DNA of 64,000 bases, taken from the NCBI GenBank assembly GCA_963777495.1, contig CAVZQM010000001.1, positions 387,594 to 451,593 of the forward strand, written 5' to 3'. The notes beneath the pieces were generated by a model, which had not been told where the DNA came from, did not search any database, and was given only the letters and a program-made list of their open reading frames with translations. The translations under genes and the position numbers were made by a program. The stretch comes from an uncultured Actinomycetes bacterium. GTDB taxonomy: Bacteria; Actinomycetota; UBA4738; HRBIN12. This document shows, piece after piece, positions 50,886 through 60,587 of the stretch; the stretch's first letter is position 1, and every line of letters starts with the position of its first letter.

Positions 50886-51803
50886 TCAGGCGACCCAGTC
50901 GCGCGTCACGAACAGCCAGAACGCCAAGCCCGCGTGGTCGCCGTACCGCGCGAAACGACGCCGGATCTGCGCGTCGCTGACGGTCTTCTTGCCCAACAGC
51001 CGGGCGTACGTGGGGCGTGTCCACGAATCCAGGATCAGCCGCGAGTTCCGGCCGATCGTCATCATGATGTGTGCCGCCGCGTACGGCCCGACGCCCGGAA
51101 GCGCCAAGAGCTGGAGTTCGAGCTCCTCATCGGGCAGTTCGTCCGGCGTGGCGGCACCGAGCGCCTCCAGGTCGAGCCGGCCATCGGCCACGGCACGCGC
51201 GAGCGACCGCAGGTACGCGCCCCGGTAGCCCGCCCGGACCACGTCCCGGTAGAAGGACTCGGGGGTGTCGGCCATCCTCGCGGAAGTCGGGAAGGCGTTC
51301 GAGAGCGATCCGTTCCCACCGATCGCGGGGTCGCCCAGGTGCTCCACGAGCGCGTTCACCATCCGTACCGTGGCACTCCAGGCGCAGTTCGTCGTGCAGA
51401 CCGTCTTCACGACGTCTTCGAACACGGTCGGTCCCTGGAGCATGCGGCCGGCGCCGGTCACGGACCAGGCGAGGTCAGGATCCCCGCGGGCCTGTTCGTA
51501 GAACGCCGACAGGTCGTGGTCGAGGCGCAGGACGTGGCGCACGCCCGCGACGACGTCCTGCTGCACGCCCGTCGCGGCGGGAGGTCCCAGGATGTCCACG
51601 AGCGCGGTTCGCGTGCGTCCTTCTCGGATCCGGACGCGGCGCGGCTTGCCGCGCCGCGTCCGCAGCGTGAGCTCAAGCGTCCGCGCCGATTCGTCCAGAC
51701 GAAGCGGCGCGAGATCGGCGAAGCCGTGCGAGTTCATCGTCCGCCACAGATCGACCGGCTCGCCGCCGGGGCCGGTGAGGGGGAGCCGGAGCGTCGTCGT
51801 CAC
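50886..51803 (-). CDS. HhH-GPD DNA glycosylase (AlkA/Ogg-like)
   Basis: FEDVVKTVCTTN, LALPGVGPYAA, LDSW. Confidence 0.88.
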   Translation of the reverse strand: MTTTLRLPLTGPGGEPVDLWRTMNSHGFADLAPLRLDESARTLELTLRTRRGKPRRVRIREGRTRTALVDILGPPAATGVQQDVVAGVRHVLRLDHDLSAFYEQARGDPDLAWSVTGAGRMLQGPTVFEDVVKTVCTTNCAWSATVRMVNALVEHLGDPAIGGNGSLSNAFPTSARMADTPESFYRDVVRAGYRGAYLRSLARAVADGRLDLEALGAATPDELPDEELELQLLALPGVGPYAAAHIMMTIGRNSRLILDSWTRPTYARLLGKKTVSDAQIRRRFARYGDHAGLAFWLFVTRDWVA

Positions 51804-51916
51804 GTCGCCGGGGCGGGCTGCGGCAACCGTTCGTCCATCATCCGCATCGTATCCTCCCCGAAACGTGCGAGTTCACCTTGACCGGGTGATCCCCTGACCG
51901 TCCGTAGACTCGACGG

Positions 51917-52180
51917 ATGATCGACGTCACGCCGCGGGCGGCGGACCTGCTCGTGAAGGCGGACGGTGCGGCCCGACGGCTCAACCCCGACGCCCGTATC
52001 CGCATCGTCGCGGGCCCGGCGGGCGTCCGCTTCGATCTGGTGGACGCGCCCGATGACGACGACGTGGTCGTGGAACGCGACGGCGTCACGTTCTTCGTGC
52101 AGGCGTCGCTCGACGGGACCGTCGACGTCGAGGAGCCGCACGACCGGCTCGTGCTCCGGCCGAGACGCTCATCGGGCTGA
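51917..52180 (+). CDS. HesB/IscA-like small protein lacking Cys
   Basis: MIDVTPRAA...RIRI...DDDVVVERDGVTFFV; TAGACT 6 nt before the ATG. Confidence 0.65.
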   Translation: MIDVTPRAADLLVKADGAARRLNPDARIRIVAGPAGVRFDLVDAPDDDDVVVERDGVTFFVQASLDGTVDVEEPHDRLVLRPRRSSG

Positions 52181-52240
52181 GCCGCGCCGGATCACGGCGC
52201 GGCTCACGGGAGCGACGGGGGCGGCCATTAGACTGAACCG

Positions 52241-53116
52241 GTGGGACGGGGTACGAAGGGCGCGCTGTCGTCCGTCGCCGGGCTCGGCACCGCCGGGCCG
52301 GTGATGGTGATCGGCGGCGCCGAAGACAAGTTCCGCGATAAGGCCATCCTCACCCGCTTCGTGAAGTTCGCCGGGGGCGCCGAGGGGCACCTCGTGGTCA
52401 TCTCCACCGCCTCGTCGCTCGGAGATCAAGCCACGGAGATGTACCGGGAGCTGTTCCTGGGGCTCGGCGTCGGCTCCGTCTCCGGGCTTCGACCCGAGGA
52501 GCGCGATGAGGCCGACGACCCATCGTCGGTCGCGGCGCTCAAGGGAGCGACCGGCGTCTACCTCACCGGAGGGAACCAATCGCGCCTGGCGTCGGTGGTG
52601 GCGGGGACGCGCCTCGGTGACGCGCTGTTCCTGGCACATGATCGCGGCGCTGTGCTGGCGGGGACCTCGGCCGGGGCGAGCGCCATGGCCTCGCACATGG
52701 TGGCGTTCGGACGTTCGGGGTCGACGCCCAAGAACCGGATGGCGCAGCTCTCCGCCGGCCTCGGCATCCTCCAAGGGCTGGTCATCGACCAGCACTTCGA
52801 GCAACGGGGACGCATCGGCCGGTTGCTGGCGATCGTCGCCGGCTCGCCGTCGCTCCTCGGCATCGGGCTGGACGAGGACACATGTGCCATCGTGCACGCC
52901 GATCAGACGGTGCAGGTGATGGGCCGTGGTGCGGTGACGATCGTGGACGGCTCCGGGGTGAAGACGGACGCGTATCGCGGGAAGGGCTACCGTCCACTCA
53001 TGATCTCGGGCGCCGTGCTGCACTCGCTCCCGGCCGGCTACTGGTTCGACCTCCGGACGCGCAAGCTCATGGCGGCCGATGACGCCCTGGCGGCGGAGCG
53101 GGAGGCGTCGGAGTGA
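52241..53116 (+). CDS. cphB: Cyanophycinase (peptidase S51)
   Basis: IIGGAEDK-like motif, LTGGNQ, GTSAGA nucleophile, IDQHF, GLDEDT. Confidence 0.94.
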   Translation: MGRGTKGALSSVAGLGTAGPVMVIGGAEDKFRDKAILTRFVKFAGGAEGHLVVISTASSLGDQATEMYRELFLGLGVGSVSGLRPEERDEADDPSSVAALKGATGVYLTGGNQSRLASVVAGTRLGDALFLAHDRGAVLAGTSAGASAMASHMVAFGRSGSTPKNRMAQLSAGLGILQGLVIDQHFEQRGRIGRLLAIVAGSPSLLGIGLDEDTCAIVHADQTVQVMGRGAVTIVDGSGVKTDAYRGKGYRPLMISGAVLHSLPAGYWFDLRTRKLMAADDALAAEREASE

Positions 53117-55963
53117 CGGCGAGCGGCGCCAAAACCAGGACCGATCGACAGCGGGCCAAGCGCGAGCCCGCATCCAAGAAGAAGGTCCGGCCCAAGCCCG
53201 ATCTCACGATCCTGCAGACGCAGGTCTTCCGCGGCCCGAACTACTGGTCATACGAGCCGTGCATCCGCATGCTCGTGGACCTCGGGTCGCTCGAGGAGTG
53301 GCCGTCCAACACGATCCCCGGCTTCAACGAGCGGCTCCTGGAGCTGTTGCCCGGCGTCGGTGAACACTCCTGCTCGCTGGGCAAGCGCGGGGGGTTCCGT
53401 GCACGCCTGATCGACGGCACGTGGCTGGGCCACGTCGCCGAGCATGTGGCGCTGGAGCTCCAACGGGAGTCGGGCGCGCACATCTCGCGGGGAAAGACCC
53501 GGAGCGCGGGCGCGGCCGGGCAGTACAACGTGATCTACGGCTACGCCGAGGAGGTCGTCGGCGCGGAAGCCGGTCGGCTGGCGGTTCGACTGGTGAACCA
53601 CCTGGTCAAGGCCGAGCCGGAGTTCGAGTTCCTCGCCGCGCTCGAGCGGCTCATCCTGCTGGCGGAACGGCGACAGTTCGGTCCCTCGACGCAGGCCATC
53701 CTGGACGAGGCGGCCAGCCGCGACATCCCGTTCATCCGACTCAACGAGCAGTCGCTGGTGCAGCTGGGGCAGGGGAAGTACCAACAGCGGATCCGCGCGA
53801 CCATGACGTCGCGGACCAGCGCCCTCGCCGTGGACATCGCGGGCGACAAGAAGATGACGAACCAGCTCCTGGGTTCCGCCGGGCTTCCTGTGCCCCGAAG
53901 CGAGGTCGTCCGGAACGAGGACGACGCCGTCGCGGCCGCGAAACGGATCGCGTTCCCCGTCGTCACGAAGCCGCTCGACGGCAACCACGGTCGCGGGGTG
54001 GGGCTGGACATCCGGACGGACCGCGCGGTCCGTACGGGGTTCAAGCGCGCGGTCAAGGAATCGCGCAATGGGCGTGTCGTGGTGGAGAGCTTCGTCACGG
54101 GGAGCGACTACCGCGTGCTGGTGATCGGCGGGCGCATGGTCGCCATCGCGGAGCGCGTGCCGGCGCACGTCATCGGCGACGGGAAGCACGCGGTGCGCGA
54201 GCTGGTCGAGATCACGAACCAGGACCCGCGCCGAGGCATCGGTCACGAGAAGGTGCTGACCCGCATCAAGATCGACGACGCCGCGATCGAGCTCGTGAAG
54301 AAGCAGGGGTACGGGATCGAGGATGTTCCCCCGAAGGACGAGATGGTGAAGCTCGCGGATACCGGGAACATGTCGACGGGCGGCATCTCGATCGACCGAA
54401 CCTGGGACGCCCACGAGGACAACGTCGAGATCGCGGAGGAGGCAGCGCGGGTGGTCGGGCTGGACGTTGCCGGCATCGACTTCCTGGCGCCCGACATCTC
54501 GCAACCCGTCCGAGAGACGGGAGGGGCGATCGTCGAAGTGAATGCCGCGCCGGGGTTCCGGATGCATACCCACCCGACGGAGGGCGAGCCGCAATACGTC
54601 GCGAAGCATGTGGTGGACCTGCTCTTCCCACCAGGGACGCCGGCGCGGATACCGATCGTCGCGGTGACCGGCTCCAACGGCAAGACCACGACGACCCGGA
54701 TGATCGCCCACATCTTCCGCGGGATGGGTCGTCAGGTCGGCGTCACCTCGACGGACGGCATCTACATCGACGAGCGGCTGGTCAAACGCGTGGACGCATC
54801 GGGTCCGAAGTCCGCGCTGATGGTGCTGCAGAACCCGCGCGTCGACATGGCGATCTTCGAGGTCGCACGCGGCGGGATCCTGCGCGAGGGTCTCGGCTAC
54901 GAGCGCAATGACGTCGGCGTGGTCCTGAACGTCACGGGCGACCATCTCGGGCTCAAGGAGATCGACACGCTGGAGCAGTTGGCGGCGGTCAAACAGGTCG
55001 TGGTAGAAGCGGTGCCCCGCAGCGGATCCGCGGTGCTGAACGCCGACGATCCGCTGGTGGTGGAGATGCGCCGTCACTGCGCAGGGAGCGTGATCCTGTT
55101 CACGATGGCCGAGAAGCACGACCTGGTCGAGCGGTGGGTGCGCCGCGGCCGCAAGGCGGTGGTGCTCGAGCGGAGCCCACGTGGCGAGATGATGGTGATC
55201 AAGGAAGGCCGCCGCACGATGCCCATCGCGTGGGTCCACACGCTGCCCGCGACGTTCGAGGGCAAGGCTCGGATGATGGTCCAGAACGCGATGGCGGCCG
55301 CGGCGGCGGCACACGCGGCCGGGGCGCACCTGCACGACATCCGTCAGGGTCTCCGATCGTTCACCACGTCCGTGTATCAGGCGCCCGGCCGCCTGAACCT
55401 GTTCGATCTGGATGGGGTGAAGGTCCTCCTGGACTACGCACACAACGCCGCGGGGCTGGAGGCGCTCGGCGACTTCGTGGAGCGCATGACATCGGACGTG
55501 CAGGGTGGAGAGCAGCCCGGCGCGGCGTCGTGGACGGCGAACATCAGGGTGGCGGTCGTCGCGACGGCGGGGGATCGTCGGGATGAGGACATGCACGATC
55601 TCGGCAGGGTGGCGGCCCGGTACTTCGACGAGGTGATCATCCGCGAGGACCGCAACCCGCGCGGACGGCCTCGAGGACGAACCGCCGAGCTCATCCAGGA
55701 GGGCGTGCGCCAGGCACAATCGGCGGGAGGAGCCCGGGCCGGCAACGTGGAGATCGTCCTCGACGAGATGGAGGCATCGCGCCGCGCGCTCGATCGTTCG
55801 CGGCCGGGTGACCTCGTGGTGCTCTGCGTGGATTATGCGACCGAGGTCTTCAGGGAGATCGAGTCCCGGCGCGGGTCCGCGTCTCCCCAGGTGCTGTTGG
55901 CATCCGATGGGGACGGGGGCGGCGCGGCGGCCGGCGGCGATCCCGACCTGCTCGGCATCCTGA
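53113..55963 (+). CDS. cphA: Cyanophycin synthetase CphA1
   Basis: RGPNYW, EHSCS..GHVAEH N domain, FGPSTQAI, KPLDGNHGRG ATP-grasp, EVNAAPGFRMH, VTGSNGKTTT, DYAHN; probable true stop is TGA 55961-55963 after removing one C. Confidence 0.95.
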
Positions 55964-56304
55964 TGGCCGTCGATCTCGCGGCGATCCTCCAGGCCCTCCA
56001 GGAACGACGGCGCGAGCTCGAGGAGGAGCTGGCGGTCCTCACGGCGGTACCGCGCGATCCGATGGCGGCGGTGTCGTTCGGCAAGCGGATCGGCGACGGC
56101 ACCACGGAGGCGGTCGAGCGTCTCAACTCGGTGGGCGCCGCGAACTCGATCGCCGCCACGTTGGCCGACGTGGAGCGAGCACTGGACAAGCTCGCCGAAG
56201 ACACCTACGGCCTGTGCGATGGATGCGGGAGACCGATCGGCGAGGAGCGTCTCGAGGCGATCCCCTGGGCCACGCGCTGCATCGACTGCGCGCGGCTCCG
56301 CTGA
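55963..56304 (+). CDS. TraR/DksA C4-type zinc-finger protein (in frame with cphA in this sequence)
   Basis: Coiled coil then YGLCDGCGRPIGEERLEAIPWATRCIDC; ATG in a TGATG context. Confidence 0.85.
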   Translation: MAVDLAAILQALQERRRELEEELAVLTAVPRDPMAAVSFGKRIGDGTTEAVERLNSVGAANSIAATLADVERALDKLAEDTYGLCDGCGRPIGEERLEAIPWATRCIDCARLR

Positions 56305-56305
56305 A

Positions 56306-58237
56306 TCAGCTCGTGGCGGCCGCCTCGGCTTCGGCGGCTCGCGCCCGCTCGGCGCGGATCACGTGCATCGTCGCGTTGATCAGGGCGAGGTGGGTGAACG
56401 CCTGCGGGAAGTTCCCCAAGTGGCGCCCGGTCCGCGGGTCGATCTCCTCGGCGTAGAGGCCCAGCGGGCTGGCGAGCGCCAGGAGCTTCTCGAGCAGGCC
56501 GCGCGCCTCGTCGAGCTCGCCGATCTCGACGAGGGCCGAGACCAGCCAGAACGAGCAGATGGCGAACGTGCCCTCCTCGCCGGACAGCCCGTCATCGGTC
56601 TCGTCGACGCGATAGCGGAGCACCAGGCCGTTCACCGTCAACTCCTCAGCGATCGCCAGGACCGTCGCACGCATGCGTTCGTCGTCCGGCGGCAGGAACC
56701 CCAACAGGACGCCGAGCAGGACCGAGGCGTCGAGCGCCGACGACCCGTACGACTCCGTGAAGACCCCCCGCTCGTCGAGCCCGTGCTCGAGCACGTCGGC
56801 CTTGATCTCGTCGGCCACGGCGCGCCAGCGCTCGACGATCTCGTCGTTGCCCATCGTCTCTGCAAGGAGCGCGCCCCGGTCCAGGGCGACCCAGCACATG
56901 ATCTTCGAGGACGTGAAATGCCGGGGTTCGCCGCGGTTCTCCCAGATGCCCCGGTCGGGCTCCCGCCATCGTTCGAGCGCACACTCGACCTGCCGTTCCA
57001 GGTTGTCCCACGTCACGCCGGACAGGAACTCCCCTGAGCGGGTGTGGAGGTGGACCGCGTGCAGCAGCCCGCCCCAGATGTCGTGCTGCTCCTGGTCGTT
57101 CGCGTCGTTGCCGATCCGCACCGGGCGGGAATCCTCGTAGCCGACCAGATGGTCGAGGGCCAACTCCTTCAGGTCGACGCCATCGTCGACCGCGTACAAC
57201 ACCTTCAGCGGCGAGCCGTCCCCGATCTGGTCGGCGATGAAGTAGAAGAAGCTGTTGGCTTCGTAGTCGAACCCGAGCGTGTAGAGGCCCCAGAGCGCGA
57301 ACGTGGCGTCTCGCACCCAGCTGTAGCGGTAGTCCCAGTTGCGCTCGCCTCCGGGCGTCTCGGGGAGCGACGTCGTGGCGGCGGCGAGCAACGCACCCGT
57401 GGGCGCGTACGTGAGGCCTTTCAACGTCAGCGCGCTCCGTTGCAGGATGCCGCGCCACGGATGGTCGGGGAAGACGCCCTGGTTCAGCCAGCCGCGCCAG
57501 AAGTCCGCCGTCCGGCGCATCCTCGCCGCCGCGTCCTCATAGGTCAGCGGGGGATCGTCGTCGCTCCACGACAAGGCGACGAAGTCGCGATCGCCTTCCT
57601 CCATCTGGTGGGCGGCGACCGCCGAGCGCCCCTCGAGTCCCAGCCGCATGCTCGTCGTGAGCCGCAGGGCCGGGTCGAGCTCGCCGCCGCGCGCCATCGC
57701 TTCGCCGTAACCGGAGCTCGTGTACTCCCAGACGGCGTCGCGCCGTCCGTAGTCGAACACCGGCTCGCAACTCATCTGGACGTCGACGCGACCGTTGACG
57801 CATCGAAGCTCTCGCACCAGCACGTGTTCGGAGACGTAGTCGGGCGGGGGGCGACGGTAGCGCCGGATCCGACGGTCGTCGCTCCACGGGCCCACGATCA
57901 ACGCATCGCGGACCACCAGCCAGCCCGTGCTGGTGTGCCACGTGGTCTCGATGATGTTCGTCCCGGGGATGAAGCGGCGTCCCGCCGGCGCGAAGAGCTC
58001 GGCAGGCCCCAGACGGAACGTGCCGGCGCTCCGATCCAGGATCGAGCCGAAGACGCTCGGGGCGTCCGGCCGGGGCAAGCAGAGCCACTCGACGTTGCCG
58101 CTGGGTGCGATGAGCGCGGTCACCTCGAGGTCGGCGATGAACGCGTAGTCCGCGATGGGCGGGAACGGGCTGGCGCCGCTCGGGGTCGCCGCCGCCGTCG
58201 GGGCCGGGGCGAGTGGGATCGTGGGGAAGGAATCCAC
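56306..58237 (-). CDS. Glycoside hydrolase family 15, probable trehalase
   Basis: PIADYAFIAD, WLCLPRPD, NWDYRYSWVRDA, GIWE, LYAEE, GNFPQAFTH; adjacent to otsAB. Confidence 0.92.
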   Translation of the reverse strand: MDSFPTIPLAPAPTAAATPSGASPFPPIADYAFIADLEVTALIAPSGNVEWLCLPRPDAPSVFGSILDRSAGTFRLGPAELFAPAGRRFIPGTNIIETTWHTSTGWLVVRDALIVGPWSDDRRIRRYRRPPPDYVSEHVLVRELRCVNGRVDVQMSCEPVFDYGRRDAVWEYTSSGYGEAMARGGELDPALRLTTSMRLGLEGRSAVAAHQMEEGDRDFVALSWSDDDPPLTYEDAAARMRRTADFWRGWLNQGVFPDHPWRGILQRSALTLKGLTYAPTGALLAAATTSLPETPGGERNWDYRYSWVRDATFALWGLYTLGFDYEANSFFYFIADQIGDGSPLKVLYAVDDGVDLKELALDHLVGYEDSRPVRIGNDANDQEQHDIWGGLLHAVHLHTRSGEFLSGVTWDNLERQVECALERWREPDRGIWENRGEPRHFTSSKIMCWVALDRGALLAETMGNDEIVERWRAVADEIKADVLEHGLDERGVFTESYGSSALDASVLLGVLLGFLPPDDERMRATVLAIAEELTVNGLVLRYRVDETDDGLSGEEGTFAICSFWLVSALVEIGELDEARGLLEKLLALASPLGLYAEEIDPRTGRHLGNFPQAFTHLALINATMHVIRAERARAAEAEAAATS

Positions 58238-58321
58238 ATCGCGAGTCTACCGACCGCGCCGACGCTAGCATCCGAACATGACGGCATCGCACCCGTTCTC
58301 GGTTCGACCCCCGGCTGTCCG

Positions 58322-59050
58322 GTGACGGCGCTCGAGGTCTTCGCACGCACGCCGGCCTCGGCCGGTGTCCTGCTGGACGTGGACGGCACGCTCAGCCATA
58401 TCGTCGAACGACCTGAGTTGTCCGAGCTGGCGGCGGGCGCCGCTCCCGTGCTGTCACATCTCGTCGACCGCTACCGCGTGGTTGCGGCCATCTCGGGCCG
58501 GACGCAGGCGGATCTCGAGCGACTGGTAGACGTCGTCGGCGTGCGCTTGATCGGCTCGTACGGCCTCACGACCGGTTCCGTGCCCGACGACGTCGTCGCC
58601 GGCGTTCGTGCGGCCGCCGATGCCGTCGAGGGCGCGTGGGTGGAGATCAAGGGCGCCACGATCGCCGTGCACTACCGGGCGACGATCGACGCGGACGAGG
58701 CCGGATCGGTGTTGGGCGAGGCTCTGGCGGCGCTGGCCGCGCCCGCGGGGATGACGCTCGCGCCCGGCAAGCGCGTGATCGAGCTGGTGCCGGCGGGACA
58801 TCCGCTCAAGGCGGGAGCGGTCGACCGGATCATCGAGGAAGCGGGGCTCCGCGCCGCCCTGTACGCGGGCGACGACGTCGCGGACCTCCACGCGTTCGAG
58901 GCGCTCGACCGGGCGCGCGACGACGGACGGCTCGCGCACGCGGTCACCGTCGCGGTGCGCGGTGCCGAGACGCCGAACGCACTCGTGCGGGCAGCCGAGA
59001 TGGTCGTGGACGGACCTGCGCAGCTGATCGAGCTGTTGCGGACGCTGTAG
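58322..59050 (+). CDS. otsB: Trehalose-6-phosphate phosphatase (may start at ATG 58278 if an indel is present)
   Basis: LLDVDGTL, ISGR, EIKG..HYR, GKRVIE, AGDDVADL. Confidence 0.9.
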   Translation: MTALEVFARTPASAGVLLDVDGTLSHIVERPELSELAAGAAPVLSHLVDRYRVVAAISGRTQADLERLVDVVGVRLIGSYGLTTGSVPDDVVAGVRAAADAVEGAWVEIKGATIAVHYRATIDADEAGSVLGEALAALAAPAGMTLAPGKRVIELVPAGHPLKAGAVDRIIEEAGLRAALYAGDDVADLHAFEALDRARDDGRLAHAVTVAVRGAETPNALVRAAEMVVDGPAQLIELLRTL

Positions 59051-59053
59051 CGA

Positions 59054-60529
59054 TCAGGCGTCGCCGGGCGGCCGGATCGCGTCCAACGCCTCCAGTTGCG
59101 ACGCCAGCCACTGCGGGGGCGTGTGCGCCTGCACGGTCCTGGACAGTCCCCGTCCGCGCCGCATGCGCTCCTCCTCCGGCATCTCCAGCGCGTCGCGGAT
59201 GGCGTCGGCGGTCTCTCGGAGGTCGAACGGGTTCACGGTGAGCGCGTGCTTGCCGAGCCTGCCGTACGCGCCCGCGTTCCGCGACAGGATCAGCACGCCG
59301 TGTTGGCGGTTCACGAGCGGCCCCTCCATCGCGACCAGGTTCATGCCGTCGTAGACGGGGTTCACCAGCAGTGCGTCGTAGAGGCCGTACGCACCCACCG
59401 CGTATCCGTAGTCCTCCTGGACCCGGACCTCGATCGGTTGCCAGTCTTCGGTCGCCAACTCCTTGTTGATCCGTTCGACCTCCGCCATGCAGTCGTCGCC
59501 GTAGGCCTGGTACTCCGGGAGCGCCTCGCGCGACGGGCTGAACAGCGCCAGGAACTTCACGCGGCCCTGCCACCGCGGGTGGCTCTTGAGGAACAGCTCG
59601 TAGGCCAGGAAGCCCCGCAGGATGTTCTTCGACGGTTCGAATCGATCGACCCGAAGCAGCAGCTTGGTCTCGCCCTTCCACGCCTTCAGCTCGCGCCGAC
59701 CCTCCTTGATCTCGGGTTTGGCGGCCGTCTCGCGGATGGGGTGGGCGCTCACCGCCACCGGGAACGCTCGCGCCGACGCCACGCGATCTCCGGTGACGAA
59801 CCGGCCTCCCCGGAGGACGCGGAACCCGGACAGCCCACGCACGGACAGGAGGAAGCTCTCGACCCACGCGCGCGACTGGAACGCGACCACGTCGGCGCCC
59901 GCCATGCCGCGGAGGATCGCGTCGCGCATGTGCACCGGGAGGATGCGCAGGTACGTCGCGCCCGCGAACGGGGTGTGCGTGAAGTGGACGATGCGCGCGT
60001 CGGGGCGGAGCTCACGGAGCATCGCCGGGACCAGTGCCAGGTGGTAGTCCTGGATCAGGTAGACGGGGTCGCGGTCTCCCTCGTCCGCGAGCACCTGGGC
60101 GAACGAGCGGTTCGCCTCCACGAACTCTTGCCAGTTGGCCTCGGTCAACTCGTCGAACGTCGGTGTCCGGGCGGTGTCCCAGAGGTAGTGGTGGAGGAAC
60201 CAGAGGATCCGGTTGGACATCTGGTTGTAGTAGGCGTCGTACCGCTCCGGGGGGATGACCACGAACCGGACGCGTTGGTGCGCGTCGGGATCGATCTCGA
60301 AGCCCTCGGCCGCAACCTCCCGGTCACCGTCGGTCATGGCCGCGGCCACCCACGTGGTGTCGTCCCGGAAGAACACCCCGGACAGCGCCGTGACCAGCCC
60401 ACCGGCCCCGCGCTGGGAGATCAGCTCGCCGGACGCGTCGCGCTCGAAGCTCACCGGTCCGCGGTTGGAGGCCACGACGATGGCCGACTCCATAGCGCTC
60501 GGGAAGGCGCCCATCGCGTCGGACCGCAT
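59054..60529 (-). CDS. otsA: Trehalose-6-phosphate synthase (GT20)
   Basis: VVASNRGP, GAGGLVTAL, QDYHL, HFTHTPF, RVDRFEPSKN, DGMNLVAME. Confidence 0.92.
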   Translation of the reverse strand: MRSDAMGAFPSAMESAIVVASNRGPVSFERDASGELISQRGAGGLVTALSGVFFRDDTTWVAAAMTDGDREVAAEGFEIDPDAHQRVRFVVIPPERYDAYYNQMSNRILWFLHHYLWDTARTPTFDELTEANWQEFVEANRSFAQVLADEGDRDPVYLIQDYHLALVPAMLRELRPDARIVHFTHTPFAGATYLRILPVHMRDAILRGMAGADVVAFQSRAWVESFLLSVRGLSGFRVLRGGRFVTGDRVASARAFPVAVSAHPIRETAAKPEIKEGRRELKAWKGETKLLLRVDRFEPSKNILRGFLAYELFLKSHPRWQGRVKFLALFSPSREALPEYQAYGDDCMAEVERINKELATEDWQPIEVRVQEDYGYAVGAYGLYDALLVNPVYDGMNLVAMEGPLVNRQHGVLILSRNAGAYGRLGKHALTVNPFDLRETADAIRDALEMPEEERMRRGRGLSRTVQAHTPPQWLASQLEALDAIRPPGDA

Positions 60530-60587
60530 CCGTTCGAGTCTAGAGAACGGCACGGAAACCGGACCCGGCCACGCGGGGTGCGATCGC

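Noticed and set aside
53248-55719. Long antisense ORFs opposite cphA, typA, ppc, cpaF and others
   Set aside because: Expected shadows of GC3-biased coding in high-GC DNA; Arg/Ala/Pro-rich with no motifs.
4864-55963. Idea that ppc, the Pho operon and cph genes form one P-starvation cyanophycin regulon
   Set aside because: They are 10-45 kb apart with unrelated genes between, and I found no paired PHO box before cphB or ppc.
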